64,000 bases of DNA from Candidatus Latescibacterota bacterium (GTDB taxonomy: Bacteria > Latescibacterota > UBA2968 > UBA8231): positions 6,976,001 to 7,040,000 of the forward strand of contig OZ242214.1 of assembly GCA_965206595.1 (NCBI GenBank). Direction: 5' to 3'. The notes below the pieces were generated by a model. It was not told the origin of the DNA. It saw only the letters and a program-made list of their open reading frames with translations, and made no database searches. This document shows, piece by piece, positions 18,353 through 28,371 of the stretch. Numbering within the stretch: the stretch's first letter is position 1; every line of letters begins with the position of its first letter. Position numbers and translations under genes: made by a program.

Positions 18353-18642
18353 CCGGTGTCTCTCTCTTTCTTTCAGGGGGGCGTGCAGAAGGGAACCGGG
18401 TGGTTTCACCGGAGGGGCTCAGCGGATTCGATGCGAGGCCGGCGCGGCCTCATGGCGAACTCCCTTCTGCCGCCTCACCTCCGCATTGACGCCGCCCGGG
18501 GTCATCCTATGTTCGACCCGGCTCCGGCCCGTTGAAGGCCTCCCCGGTTTCTTCAACATGCCCCGACGCGTTTTCGCAAAAGTCCATCCGGGCTGCGGCC
18601 TCCTGCAGATCAACTTTATCGACGCTGGCAAGGAGTGAAGGC

Positions 18643-19671
18643 ATGAAACTCAACGAGCGGCAAGCGATCGGCAAACTCGGCCTGGAGGTGACCCGCATGG
18701 GGTTCGGCGGGGCCCCCTTCGGCAACCTCTTCAACCCGATTTCCGAGGAGGACGTCGCCGACTGCCTCGAGGCGGCGTACGGCGCCGGTGTCCGCTACTT
18801 CGACACCGCTCCCCTCTACGGCTTCGGGCTCAGCGAGAGCCGTTACGGCACCCACCTGGCCCGCCGCCGGGAGGAGATCGTCCTTTCGACCAAGGTCGGC
18901 TACTCCCTTGTGCCGCGACAAAGCGGCGATCCCGAGGACGGCTTCTTCGTCGACCACCCGCCGCTGAAATCGGTTTTCGACTACTCCGCCGAGGCCGTCA
19001 AGCGCTCCCTCGGAGAAAGCCTCGAGCGCCTCCGCACCGACCGCATCGACATCGTCTTCATCCACGACCCGGACGAAGGGATCAGCCTGCAGCCCGGCTT
19101 CGATCCCTACGCCGTCAGCCACTTCCGGGAGGCGATGGAGGAGACCTACCCGGTGCTCGACGAGCTGCGCTCCCAGGGGGTGATCAAGGCGGTCGGCGCC
19201 GGCATGAACCAGTGGCAGGTCCTGGCCGACTTCGCGCGCGCCGGCGATTTCGACTGCTTCCTGCTCGCCGGGCGCTACACCCTGCTGGAGCAGACGTCGC
19301 TGGAGGGGCTGCTGCCGCTCTGCGAGGAGAAAGGGGTGCGCATCGTCATCGGCGGCCCCTACAACTCGGGGGTCCTCGCTACCGGCGTGGTCGAAGGGGC
19401 GTACTACAACTACGCTCCCGCCCCGCTCCACATCCTCGGCCTCGTCGCCCGCATCGAGGCGGTCTGCGCACGGCACGGGGTGCGGCTGCCCGCCGCGGCC
19501 CTGCAGTTCCCGCTGGCGCACCCGGCCGTCGCCTGCGTCATCCCCGGCGGGCGCACCCGCGCCGAAACCGAGGCCAACGCCGCCCTGCTCGAGGAGGAGA
19601 TCCCGGCGGCGTTCTGGTCCGAGCTGCAGGAGCGGGGACTGGTGGACCCGGCCGCGCCGCTGCCCTCCTGA
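18643..19671 (+). CDS. Aldo/keto reductase (D-threo-aldose dehydrogenase-like)
   Basis: YFDTAPLYG, STKVG, FDYS, IHDPD and LLAGRYTLL motifs; AAGGAG RBS. Confidence 0.9.
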   Translation: MKLNERQAIGKLGLEVTRMGFGGAPFGNLFNPISEEDVADCLEAAYGAGVRYFDTAPLYGFGLSESRYGTHLARRREEIVLSTKVGYSLVPRQSGDPEDGFFVDHPPLKSVFDYSAEAVKRSLGESLERLRTDRIDIVFIHDPDEGISLQPGFDPYAVSHFREAMEETYPVLDELRSQGVIKAVGAGMNQWQVLADFARAGDFDCFLLAGRYTLLEQTSLEGLLPLCEEKGVRIVIGGPYNSGVLATGVVEGAYYNYAPAPLHILGLVARIEAVCARHGVRLPAAALQFPLAHPAVACVIPGGRTRAETEANAALLEEEIPAAFWSELQERGLVDPAAPLPS

Positions 19672-19978
19672 GCGGAGGAGGGCCGCCGCCCCGGAAAAAC
19701 CCCTTCCCCTCGCCGCAGAGGCCGTCAGCAGGCCCGGTGAAGCCGCGGCGCCGATCAGGCGGAGGACCCGTCGAGAGAAACCGAATCGCGCGCCCCGCGG
19801 CCGGCCCGGTGGAAGTGAGTGCGGCGATCCGGCCGGAGACCCGGAGGAAAGCACGGGATCACGTTCCGCCGGGGGGCCGCATACGACCTTCTGCCGCTGC
19901 CGCTGCAAAACCGCGTTATCTTTCCACCGACGCTGCCCGAACCTGACACAACCGCACGACCAACCCACGGAAGCCGCC

Positions 19979-21298
19979 ATGACCGTCGAAGCCCTCAAGA
20001 GCCTTGATCTCCGCCGGGAGGCCGCCCGCTACATGCCGGGCGGCGTCGGCGCCGCCGGCCGCATCAACTCCTGCCTCGGCTACGCCCTGCACATCCAGTC
20101 CGCCGAAGGCTGCCGCATCCGCGACGTCGACGGCGACGAGTACATCGACTTCAACCTCGCCCACGGCGCCGCCTTCCTGGGATACAACCACCCGGCGACG
20201 AAACAGGCGATGGAGTCGGTTCTCGAAGCCGGCATCCTGTGCGGGTACGAAACCGAGGCCCACGTAGAGCTGGCCCGCCGCATCACCGAGATCATCCCCT
20301 GCGCCGAGGCGGTTCGCTACGGCAACACCGGCTCCGAGGGAACGATGATCTGCGTGCGCCTGGCCCGCGCCCACACCGGCAGACCGAAGATCCTGAAGTT
20401 CTGGGGGCACTTTCACGGGCTCTACGACTACGTGATGTACAACTCCCACTCGCCGCTCACCCCCGTAGAGCCCGGCAGCATCATACCGCCGCAGCGGGAA
20501 TCGGCCGGCATGCCGGAGGTGCTCGACGACCTCGTCGTCGTCGTCCCGTGGAAGGACGAGGCCGCTCTCGAGCGCGCCATGGAGAAGCACGGGGACGAGA
20601 TCGGCGGCATCATCATGGAGCCCATCAACTACAACCAGGGCTGCATCACCGCCGATGCCGGGTACATGCGCTTCGTCCGCGAGCGGGCAACGGCCAGCGG
20701 CAGTGTCCTCATCTACGACGAGACCCTGTCGGCCTTCCGCACCGGACCGGGCTGCGCCCAGGGGTACTACGGCGTCACCCCCGACCTCTGCGTGCTCGGC
20801 AAGGCGGTCGCCAACGGCGGCGCCGTGGTCGTAGTCGCAGGCAAGGCCGAGATAATGAACCAGGTGAATCCGCACGGGGAGGTTTGCCAGAGCGGGACCT
20901 TCACCGGCAACCCGCCGGCGATCAACTGCGCCCTCGCTTCCGTGAACGAGATCACCAGCTTCGGTTTTTACGACCACATCGAAATGACCTCGCAACGGTT
21001 GTATACAGGGATGACGGAGATCTTCGACCGTGCAGGGGTTCCCGCCCGCGTGCAGGGCCTGGGCGCCCGCTTCGGAATCTTCTTCGGATTCACCGATCCG
21101 GTGGAACGCTTCGACGACACCCTGAAGCGGGACCGCGAAACGGGCACGCGTTTCATCCGCGCCTGCGCCGACAGCGGCGTCTACTTCCACGACTACGGCG
21201 ACCTGGTCGCCGGGCATCACGGCGTTTCGGCCTCGCACTCCCTCGCCGACATCGACGAAGCCCTCAACCGCATCGAGAGCGCCGTCGCCATCATGTAG
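19979..21298 (+). CDS. Class III PLP aminotransferase (glutamate-1-semialdehyde aminomutase-like)
   Basis: DVDGDEYID, NTGSE, FHG, LIYDE, LGKAVANG and GTFTGNP motifs. Confidence 0.88.
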   Translation: MTVEALKSLDLRREAARYMPGGVGAAGRINSCLGYALHIQSAEGCRIRDVDGDEYIDFNLAHGAAFLGYNHPATKQAMESVLEAGILCGYETEAHVELARRITEIIPCAEAVRYGNTGSEGTMICVRLARAHTGRPKILKFWGHFHGLYDYVMYNSHSPLTPVEPGSIIPPQRESAGMPEVLDDLVVVVPWKDEAALERAMEKHGDEIGGIIMEPINYNQGCITADAGYMRFVRERATASGSVLIYDETLSAFRTGPGCAQGYYGVTPDLCVLGKAVANGGAVVVVAGKAEIMNQVNPHGEVCQSGTFTGNPPAINCALASVNEITSFGFYDHIEMTSQRLYTGMTEIFDRAGVPARVQGLGARFGIFFGFTDPVERFDDTLKRDRETGTRFIRACADSGVYFHDYGDLVAGHHGVSASHSLADIDEALNRIESAVAIM

Positions 21299-21548
21299 GA
21301 CAACCGCTCCGGATCGCCCGATCCGTGGGCAGCGGTACTTCCGGTCGCTCTCCTTCCACCTGCCGGGGCATTCCCGGGGTTTCACGGTGGAAAACATGGC
21401 CCCATTGTTTCCATGGGTGCCGAATTCGCCGTTCCTACTTATATTTCCAAAATCAGCCGCTTTTGTGTGCCGGATTGGCCTACGCTTATGTGTTTGTCAA
21501 ATTCGCCATTAAACCAACTGCAAACTCTTAATTTAAGGAAGGAGCTTC

Positions 21549-21980
21549 ATGCCTGACCTAGGTAGAACACTCAGGGAAGAAATGTCGCGGGTGGCCGCCA
21601 GAGAACTGCGAGCCGCCCTGAACCCGTTGAACGAACAAATCCGCAGCCTGGAGCGGGAAGTGTCCGCGCTCAGCTCGCAGATTGCCGGCACGCGGAAGCC
21701 GGCCCCCAAACCTTCCGGGAACTCCCCCGGGGACGCCAAGCCCGCCGCCAAGAACGAGACCGCCGCGGTCAGGGTTACCCCGGCATCGATCAAGAAGCAT
21801 CGCAAGCGGCTGCGCCTGTCCCAGGCCCAGATGGGCAAGCTGCTCGGAGTCAGTGCCATAACGATATTGAACTGGGAGCAGGGCAAGTCGAAACCGCGCG
21901 CGGCCAACAGGGATGCGATCGCCGAGCTGCGCACCATGAAACTGAAAGACGCCGAGCTGATGCTCGAGAGCATGGGCTAA
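21549..21980 (+). CDS. XRE-family helix-turn-helix protein
   Basis: LSQAQMGKLLGVSAITILNWEQGKSKP; N-terminal coiled coil; AAGGAG RBS. Confidence 0.85.
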   Translation: MPDLGRTLREEMSRVAARELRAALNPLNEQIRSLEREVSALSSQIAGTRKPAPKPSGNSPGDAKPAAKNETAAVRVTPASIKKHRKRLRLSQAQMGKLLGVSAITILNWEQGKSKPRAANRDAIAELRTMKLKDAELMLESMG

Positions 21981-22037
21981 AGGCGCTGCACGCCGACAAA
22001 CAGAAACACCGCGCGGCTGACTCTTCAGGTGTTCTGT

Positions 22038-22078
22038 AGTGAAGTCGGGTGGTGGCCGAGGCCCCACCCGACTTCACT
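22038..22078. terminator. Strong hairpin between convergent genes
   Basis: AGTGAAGTCGGGTGG / CCACCCGACTTCACT form a perfect 15-bp stem. Confidence 0.7.
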
Positions 22079-22169
22079 CCTCGTTCTGCCGGACCCGGAA
22101 GTGTCCTCGCTCAGCCCCCCTCGCTTCAGCCCTGCACAACCGCGGAACCCCCAGCGGCGCAACAGTCCT

Positions 22170-23831
22170 TCACTCTTCCCCTTTGCGAATCTGCAAGCTC
22201 GCCGCTACCTGCCTTATACGTTCGTCGCGCCATTCGACCCCGCTCCGGTAGCGGTGGCGCAGCCCCTCGACGTACTTCTCGAACGCCTTCCTGTTCCTGG
22301 CCTGCCTGACCTGGTGCCGCAGAATCGGGGTCAGTTCCTCGAACGCGCGCGGCCTCCGGGGCAGCCGCTCTTCGACGCGCACGACCGCGAACCCGCCTTC
22401 GATTTCAAGCGGACCCAGCAGCGCTCCCTCTGGCGCTTCCCGGACGAGATCGAAGAGCCGTTCCCGTTTTTCCCCTTCCCCGTCTTTCAGGTGTAAATGC
22501 CCGCCGGTTCCGTCGGCCCCCGGACGGATGCTGTGGTCCCGGGCCAGCTTCTCCATGTCCGCGCCCGACTCGATCCGCCGCCGCAGCGCGGCCGCGGCGG
22601 CCCGTGACTCGACGAAGATCTCTACCGCCTCCACCGACGCCGGCAGCATGAACTCTCCCTTGACTTCCTCGTACCGGTGACGCAGCTCCTCCTCCGTGGG
22701 GGCGCCGACCTGATCGATAACCTCCCGGCGCCGCAGCCGATCGAGGAGCAGCCTCTTCAGCTCCCGCTCCATCGCCGACGCGAACTCATCGGTTTCGTGA
22801 AGGACGCGGCGCTCCGCTTCCAGCACCGCCAGGGTGTCGGCCATCACCCAGTGGCGGAGAGCCCAGGCGACTGAGGCGCTGTCCTTCAGGGCAGGGGGTT
22901 TCATCCCCCTTCTAACCAGGATTCGTCCGGCCTCCTGCGCGGAGATCTTTCTGTCGCCCGCCCAGGCAAGGGCGGGGTCGTCCTGGTGTGCCTCGGTCCC
23001 GGGATCCCGCTGCGCCGCCCCAACCATGGCGACCACCGCTTCGGGCCGGTAGGCGACCTCGAATTTGCGTGCCAGCGTGTCGAAAAAGGCCTCGCGGAGG
23101 GTTGCGGCTTTGCGGCGCTTCAGGGCCGCGGCGACCGCCGGCCCAGCCTCCTCGATGGGGACCGGGACGGCATCGAGAACCTTGAGCAGCTCGAAACCGC
23201 TTCCCGCGGGCAGCGGTCCGGCGACTTCGCCCGGGGACACCCCGCGCACCGCCATCCAGAGCTCACGCGGCAGCTCGCCGGCCCCGAGATAGCCGCCCAG
23301 GTCCCCGCCCCGTTCGGCGTCGGGCGCGGCCGAGCGCCTCCTGGCCAGCTCGGCGAAGTCCGCCCCCTCCTTCAGGGCGCGGCCGACCTCTTCCGCTTCC
23401 GCCTTCGTAGCGCAGGAGATATGGGCGATCCGCACCTTCGCGTCCCATCCGTCCCGCCGGTACGCCGCCTCGATCTCCTCCTCTCCGACGGAGACGGAAT
23501 CACCCAGGGCCTCGGCGAGGACCCGATCCCTGAGCCGCTTCACGTAGGTTTTGCGGAGCGGCCTGACGATCTCGGGTCTTTCAGGGTATCCGAGGGCCCT
23601 CGCCTCGGCGAGCATCAGCTCGCGGTCGACGAGACTCTGGAGCATATCGCGGACCGTCCCCTCCCGCGATTCGGACGCGGCCGGATCCGGCCTCAGGCCG
23701 TCCGGCAGCCTCGACACATACTCGGCAAGCTCCCCTTCCCGGATGGGGACGTCCAGCACCCGCACGAGGGGTTCGTCGGCGGGCACGCCGCAGCCGATCA
23801 GGAGGAGGAGCGCCGGCGCCGCCCGGTTCAC
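22170..23831 (-). CDS. Parvulin-type peptidyl-prolyl isomerase lipoprotein (two rotamase domains, SurA/PrsA-like)
   Basis: GTG at 23831 overlaps the upstream stop; lipobox-like LIGC; GADFAELARRRS...GGDLG and GADMEKLARDHS...GGHL. Confidence 0.8.
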   Translation of the reverse strand: MNRAAPALLLLIGCGVPADEPLVRVLDVPIREGELAEYVSRLPDGLRPDPAASESREGTVRDMLQSLVDRELMLAEARALGYPERPEIVRPLRKTYVKRLRDRVLAEALGDSVSVGEEEIEAAYRRDGWDAKVRIAHISCATKAEAEEVGRALKEGADFAELARRRSAAPDAERGGDLGGYLGAGELPRELWMAVRGVSPGEVAGPLPAGSGFELLKVLDAVPVPIEEAGPAVAAALKRRKAATLREAFFDTLARKFEVAYRPEAVVAMVGAAQRDPGTEAHQDDPALAWAGDRKISAQEAGRILVRRGMKPPALKDSASVAWALRHWVMADTLAVLEAERRVLHETDEFASAMERELKRLLLDRLRRREVIDQVGAPTEEELRHRYEEVKGEFMLPASVEAVEIFVESRAAAAALRRRIESGADMEKLARDHSIRPGADGTGGHLHLKDGEGEKRERLFDLVREAPEGALLGPLEIEGGFAVVRVEERLPRRPRAFEELTPILRHQVRQARNRKAFEKYVEGLRHRYRSGVEWRDERIRQVAASLQIRKGEE

Positions 23832-26467
23832 AGCTGAACTCCTGCGTAGATGGTGATGAAGCTTCGCGTCGTCACCTCCGGCCTCAGACCCTCCGGGTCC
23901 GTGCGCACCAGCTCGAAACCGAAGGTCGTCATCAGGTCGTACCCCATGTACGCGGAGGCGTTGCGCAGCTGTACCGCGGTCGTCAGCCCGGTCGAGCTGT
24001 CCTCGCTGTCGGGCGGAGGCGGGTCCCGCAGCTGCCTGAAGATCTCGTACTCCATCCCCAGCTCGACGAAGCTCTTCCGCATCACCGGAAAGCGCAGCAT
24101 CGCCATGAACAGCTCGGTCAGCTCGCGGCGCTTGAATTCGTCGGCGAACACCGGCACCTGGCGCCGGTACTCGCTCTTCCAGCGCGGCACCAGGGTCCAC
24201 TTGCCGAGCTCGAGGGTGTACTCCGCCTTGTTGATAATGCCCAGGAAGGAGCCGTCCCGGCGCGTCCCGTGCCGGCGCAGCTCGAGGTCCTCGTCGAGCT
24301 GGTGGTAGCGCTGCCATTTGAGCTTGTGGGTCAGACTGATCCCGGCCGGAACCCGGTGATGCAGCCCCAGCCAGGTGGTGTTGATCCAAGTGTTCCTCGC
24401 CGGCCTCCGGTCCTCGACCAGCTGCAGCGCCCCGCGGGTGCCCGCGGGCTGGCGCCACTGCAGGAGATCGTCGGCGATCGTGTCCCTGACCCGGCGAAAA
24501 TCCTGGAAAACCAGGAGGCGGCCCCAGCGCGGGTGGTCGCGCTCGCCGACCAGGGTGACGTAGGACGCCTCGGTGACGCGGTCGTCGGTCTGCTGGTCCA
24601 TCTGCAGGCGCCCCACCATGAGGCGGGAGTCCGGGCCGAGGTTGGCGCCGCCGAACAGGTTGAAACCCTCCCGGTCCCGCTTGTACGGGTAGTCCGGCTC
24701 CTCGTCGTTCTCGAAGCGGTCTACGACGGCGTTGTGGTTCATGTCGACGCCGTAGAGGAACTCCGGCCGGTCGGCGTGGAAACGCAGGAACGGCTCCTCG
24801 TAGTCGGGGATCAGGTTGGGGCGGTCCTCGTTGTCGTTCTGGTTGAAATCGGAGATGAAATCGTTGTTCTCGTCCCAGCCGGGGAACACCTCGTCGTCGC
24901 CGGCCCCCCAGCCCTTGCGCCGCCAGTCCGGCCGCTGGTCCTGGTCGTCGTTGTCCTCGACCATCTCGTAGAGCTCGAAATCGTTCCCGAAGTCGAGCAC
25001 CCCGGTCTCGTTCGAGGTGACAAACGAGGTCGAGTAGCGCGGCGAAACGCTGAACAGCTCGACGAAACCGAACCAGGGAAGGGCCGTCTTCGACAGGTTG
25101 GCCATCCAGGCCAGCGCCTGGCTGCTCGCGGAGTGGTGGCTCTTCAGTCCGGGGTTGGGGTACTGGCGGAACTGGTGGTTGACGTCGATCTCGGCGTACC
25201 CCTTGAACCCGTGCAGTTCGGCGACCTCGAGGGTGAACCCGGCGATCTGGTTGGCCGTCGGCAGGCCGTAGTCGAGCGCCAGCACGCGCTGGTTGGAGCC
25301 GTCCTTGACGTTGCCCGAGGCCTGCGCCGCCGGCAGGAAGACCCGCTGGTCCCTGCCGTTGTACTGGCGGTCGGAAGACATCTCGACCAGGTAGTCGTTG
25401 GCGACCACCAGTTCCACCTGGACCTGCTCGATGTCGGTGGTGCTCGGACCGATGTAGCTGACGTCGGTGAAGTCGTAGCGCAGCTGGATCTCCTCGGTGC
25501 CGTCGGCGGAGAGATAGCCGCGGCGCTCGAAGCCGCCGTCGACGAAGGGACGGAACCCGATCTCGCTGCCGCGCACCTCGTTCCCCTCTACGTCGCGGAT
25601 GAGGATGTCGCTGGAGAAGAAGGCGCCGCCCCCTTCGTTGTCCCCGGGTGAGTCGTCCTTGATCGCCACGGCGATCTCCGTCACCGCGGCGAAGTTCATC
25701 GCCTCGGTCAGCTGCCCCTGGAAGATGTCGCCGTTGACCGCCTCGAGCTGGGACTGCGAGTGGTGGGTGTTTACATAGGTGCCGCCGATGCGGGCGAAGT
25801 CGCCGACCTGGGCGACCACCCTTCCCCCGAAGAGGTTGGTGTTGTTGGTCCGCGCCTCCCCGGCGAACCCGGACGAGTTGGGGGCGCTCACCCGCGACAT
25901 CAGCACCGTAGCCTCGTACTTGTCGGAGGAGAAATCCCACTGGACGCCGTTGAACAGCGGCTTGGAGAAGGTCATCGGCGTCAGGGTGGTGCGGATCCGG
26001 CTGCCCACGGTGATCGCGTAGTGGTACTGCCCCTTGTGGTCGGCGGCGACGACGAGGTTGTTGAACCAGGCATTGAACTGGCCCGTCTTCTCGAGGGTGC
26101 TGCCGAAAGGCTGCGGGTTCCGCTGCCGCCAGTCGTAGATCAGCCAGCCCCGCGTCAGGTAGTTCCCGTATACGTCGTAGAAATACTCCCCCTCGAGGGC
26201 GGTTCTGACGTAGCGCTGGTACTGGCGCCTCGAGTAGTTCGAGTACTCCCGCTGGCGCCACTGGTACTCGATGTAGAGCTCCTGGGGCACGTACCACTTG
26301 TGCACCGCCGGATCGAGGGCGTCGGTGAGAATCCCCGGGCCGGTCGGCTCGAAGGTCACCCGTCCCCCTCGCGTCACCGTTCCCAGGCGGGCGCCGAACT
26401 CCTGGGCTTCGAGGGCGGTTGCGGCCAGCAGCAGGGCGGCCGCGATAGTGAGAATCGGAGGTGTCAT
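23828..26467 (-). CDS. ~880-aa secreted/outer-membrane hypothetical protein (paralogue of 28371..31046)
   Basis: Signal peptide; shared LTP.TF.KP.FNG, GGTYVN.H and D.N.N...DRFEND motifs; beta-strand-like C-terminus. Confidence 0.75.
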   Translation of the reverse strand: MTPPILTIAAALLLAATALEAQEFGARLGTVTRGGRVTFEPTGPGILTDALDPAVHKWYVPQELYIEYQWRQREYSNYSRRQYQRYVRTALEGEYFYDVYGNYLTRGWLIYDWRQRNPQPFGSTLEKTGQFNAWFNNLVVAADHKGQYHYAITVGSRIRTTLTPMTFSKPLFNGVQWDFSSDKYEATVLMSRVSAPNSSGFAGEARTNNTNLFGGRVVAQVGDFARIGGTYVNTHHSQSQLEAVNGDIFQGQLTEAMNFAAVTEIAVAIKDDSPGDNEGGGAFFSSDILIRDVEGNEVRGSEIGFRPFVDGGFERRGYLSADGTEEIQLRYDFTDVSYIGPSTTDIEQVQVELVVANDYLVEMSSDRQYNGRDQRVFLPAAQASGNVKDGSNQRVLALDYGLPTANQIAGFTLEVAELHGFKGYAEIDVNHQFRQYPNPGLKSHHSASSQALAWMANLSKTALPWFGFVELFSVSPRYSTSFVTSNETGVLDFGNDFELYEMVEDNDDQDQRPDWRRKGWGAGDDEVFPGWDENNDFISDFNQNDNEDRPNLIPDYEEPFLRFHADRPEFLYGVDMNHNAVVDRFENDEEPDYPYKRDREGFNLFGGANLGPDSRLMVGRLQMDQQTDDRVTEASYVTLVGERDHPRWGRLLVFQDFRRVRDTIADDLLQWRQPAGTRGALQLVEDRRPARNTWINTTWLGLHHRVPAGISLTHKLKWQRYHQLDEDLELRRHGTRRDGSFLGIINKAEYTLELGKWTLVPRWKSEYRRQVPVFADEFKRRELTELFMAMLRFPVMRKSFVELGMEYEIFRQLRDPPPPDSEDSSTGLTTAVQLRNASAYMGYDLMTTFGFELVRTDPEGLRPEVTTRSFITIYAGVQL

Positions 26468-28371
26468 CACCAGGCCACCGCCAGGACGCCGGAGTGGGTC
26501 TCCTCGAATGCATCCGCGGCGACCCGGAGCACCCAGACGTAGGTCCCGGGAAGCGCCCTGCGGCCCTCGGCCGTGCGCCCGTCCCAGGTGAAGGCGGCCG
26601 GCCCCAGGCCCCGCTCCGCCTGCAGCGAGGCGATGGAGCGGCCAGACAGATCGTACAGCTCCAGGGATACCGGCACCGCCCGGACCACCTGCAGCAGGTT
26701 GAAACGGACCCGCAGCTCGTCGTTGGCGCCGTCCCCGTTCGGGGTGACGACGCGGCTGTCGAGGGCGATCTCCCCGACCAGCCGGCCGATCTGATCCTTG
26801 GGGATCTCGACGGTGAGGTTGGACAGCTCGTCGACGTCGTCCGGCCCGAAGTCGACGGCGTTGCCCGGCTCGAGCCGCTGCGGCACGGTAGGGAAGCGGC
26901 TGTCGAACACCCTCCCTGTGAAGGTCGTGCCGAAGCGGAAGATCGGGATGTCGAAGGTCAGCTCGAGGACGGAGCCGTCGCGGTCGATCCTCGGCAGGCT
27001 GATGCGGAAGCCGTCCCGGGTCGAGGACTCGATCTCGAACTCGACCGGGACGCCGTCGACCTGGACGTTGCCGATCCCCTCGACCGGGGCGTTGCTGTCG
27101 ATCTCGAGGCGGTCGTACCCGTGGATCTCGCCCCCGCGGCGCAGGAGCACGGCGTAGCGGAAGGTCGCCGGCTCCTCCGCCCTGGCCAGCCGCGGGTACA
27201 CCTCGGCGCGCAGGGTGTCGGCGATCGGAGGCTGCAGGTAGTCGAACTCGATCCTCTCGAGGAGCCGCGTGTCGAAGAGGCCGCCGGCGAACTCCATGCG
27301 GAAGCGGAGGAATCGCCGCGGCGCCGGCGCCGGGTTGAGGCCGCGGTTCTCCACCGTCTTCCAGGGGCTCCAGTTTTCCAGGTCTTCCTGGAGCGTCACC
27401 TGCTCGGACCGGGGCAGGGCCCAGTACTCCTCTCCCGTCACCTCGTCGAGGCGGACGAACATAAACTCCTGAATCCGCTGCAGGAACAGGATCGGCGTAT
27501 CGTCGAGGCCGGAGCGCATGCCGACGGTCAGGTTGGAGAAGAGCTCCTCCCCCACGACCTGCTCGCGCCAGCGGATCGACCCGATGGTAGCCGGCGCCCC
27601 CAGGTCGATCAGGTCCGACAGGAAGGTGCCCCGGGGCAGGTACCCGGACCCGTACACCTCGATCTCGTCGACCTCGAACGGCAGCTCGGTCAGGGAACGC
27701 AGCTTGATGAGGCGGACGTACTGCGGGGTCAGCGGCACGTCGACCACCGGCTCCTCGTTGTCGTGCTCCCGCACCGCGAGGCGGTCGGGGGCTCCCTCGA
27801 TCGTGCTGGTCAGCTGCTCGTTCAGCCAGACCTCGTAGCCGCGCAGGAAGTCGTTGTGGAAGGGATGGTCGGGACTGGCGGCCACGGTGTTGCGCGGGTA
27901 GAAGCGGATGCGCTCGACCCCGACCCGCTGACCGAAGTCGAGGATGATCCAGATGCCGAACGCCGGCACCACCGGGTTGAACGGCACCGGCTTGCGCTCG
28001 AAGGCGACCTCGTGATCGCCGTTGACCGTGCCCTCGAGCTGCGTTCGGCGCAGCACCGTCGCCGAGGTCGAGGAGTTGGGCGCCGTGATCGAGCCCTCCC
28101 CCTCGAGCACCAGCGCTGCGATGTTACGGCTGCCGTCGAAGAAAGTCGGGCTGACCCAGCCGCGCCGGGCAGCGAACTCGATGTCGTTGTCCGGGGTGTT
28201 GGTCGTGTCGAGGGTGGGGCTGAAGCGGCTGCCGGCAAGGATCACCGGATCGGTGCCGTCGCCGCCTCCCTCCCAGGGATGCTCGCTGCCCCCGAGAACG
28301 AAGGTCCGCATCTCTGCGGCCGCCGCGGACAGCGCCAGCAGAACCAGGGCGGCCGCCAGGGTCGGCGCCAT
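26467..28371 (-). CDS. Secreted protein with a discoidin-like region and a C-terminal TPNGDG/FlgD-Ig domain
   Basis: ATG at 28371 (TGATG overlap); signal peptide; ILDFG...RIRFYPR; VTPNGDGANDEL...WDGR...PGTY. Confidence 0.75.
   Translation of the reverse strand: MAPTLAAALVLLALSAAAAEMRTFVLGGSEHPWEGGGDGTDPVILAGSRFSPTLDTTNTPDNDIEFAARRGWVSPTFFDGSRNIAALVLEGEGSITAPNSSTSATVLRRTQLEGTVNGDHEVAFERKPVPFNPVVPAFGIWIILDFGQRVGVERIRFYPRNTVAASPDHPFHNDFLRGYEVWLNEQLTSTIEGAPDRLAVREHDNEEPVVDVPLTPQYVRLIKLRSLTELPFEVDEIEVYGSGYLPRGTFLSDLIDLGAPATIGSIRWREQVVGEELFSNLTVGMRSGLDDTPILFLQRIQEFMFVRLDEVTGEEYWALPRSEQVTLQEDLENWSPWKTVENRGLNPAPAPRRFLRFRMEFAGGLFDTRLLERIEFDYLQPPIADTLRAEVYPRLARAEEPATFRYAVLLRRGGEIHGYDRLEIDSNAPVEGIGNVQVDGVPVEFEIESSTRDGFRISLPRIDRDGSVLELTFDIPIFRFGTTFTGRVFDSRFPTVPQRLEPGNAVDFGPDDVDELSNLTVEIPKDQIGRLVGEIALDSRVVTPNGDGANDELRVRFNLLQVVRAVPVSLELYDLSGRSIASLQAERGLGPAAFTWDGRTAEGRRALPGTYVWVLRVAADAFEETHSGVLAVAW

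Noticed and set aside
19979-21298. Naming the aminotransferase hemL
   Set aside because: The family is clear, but the N-terminal motif is divergent and there is no heme-pathway context; it is probably a paralogue.
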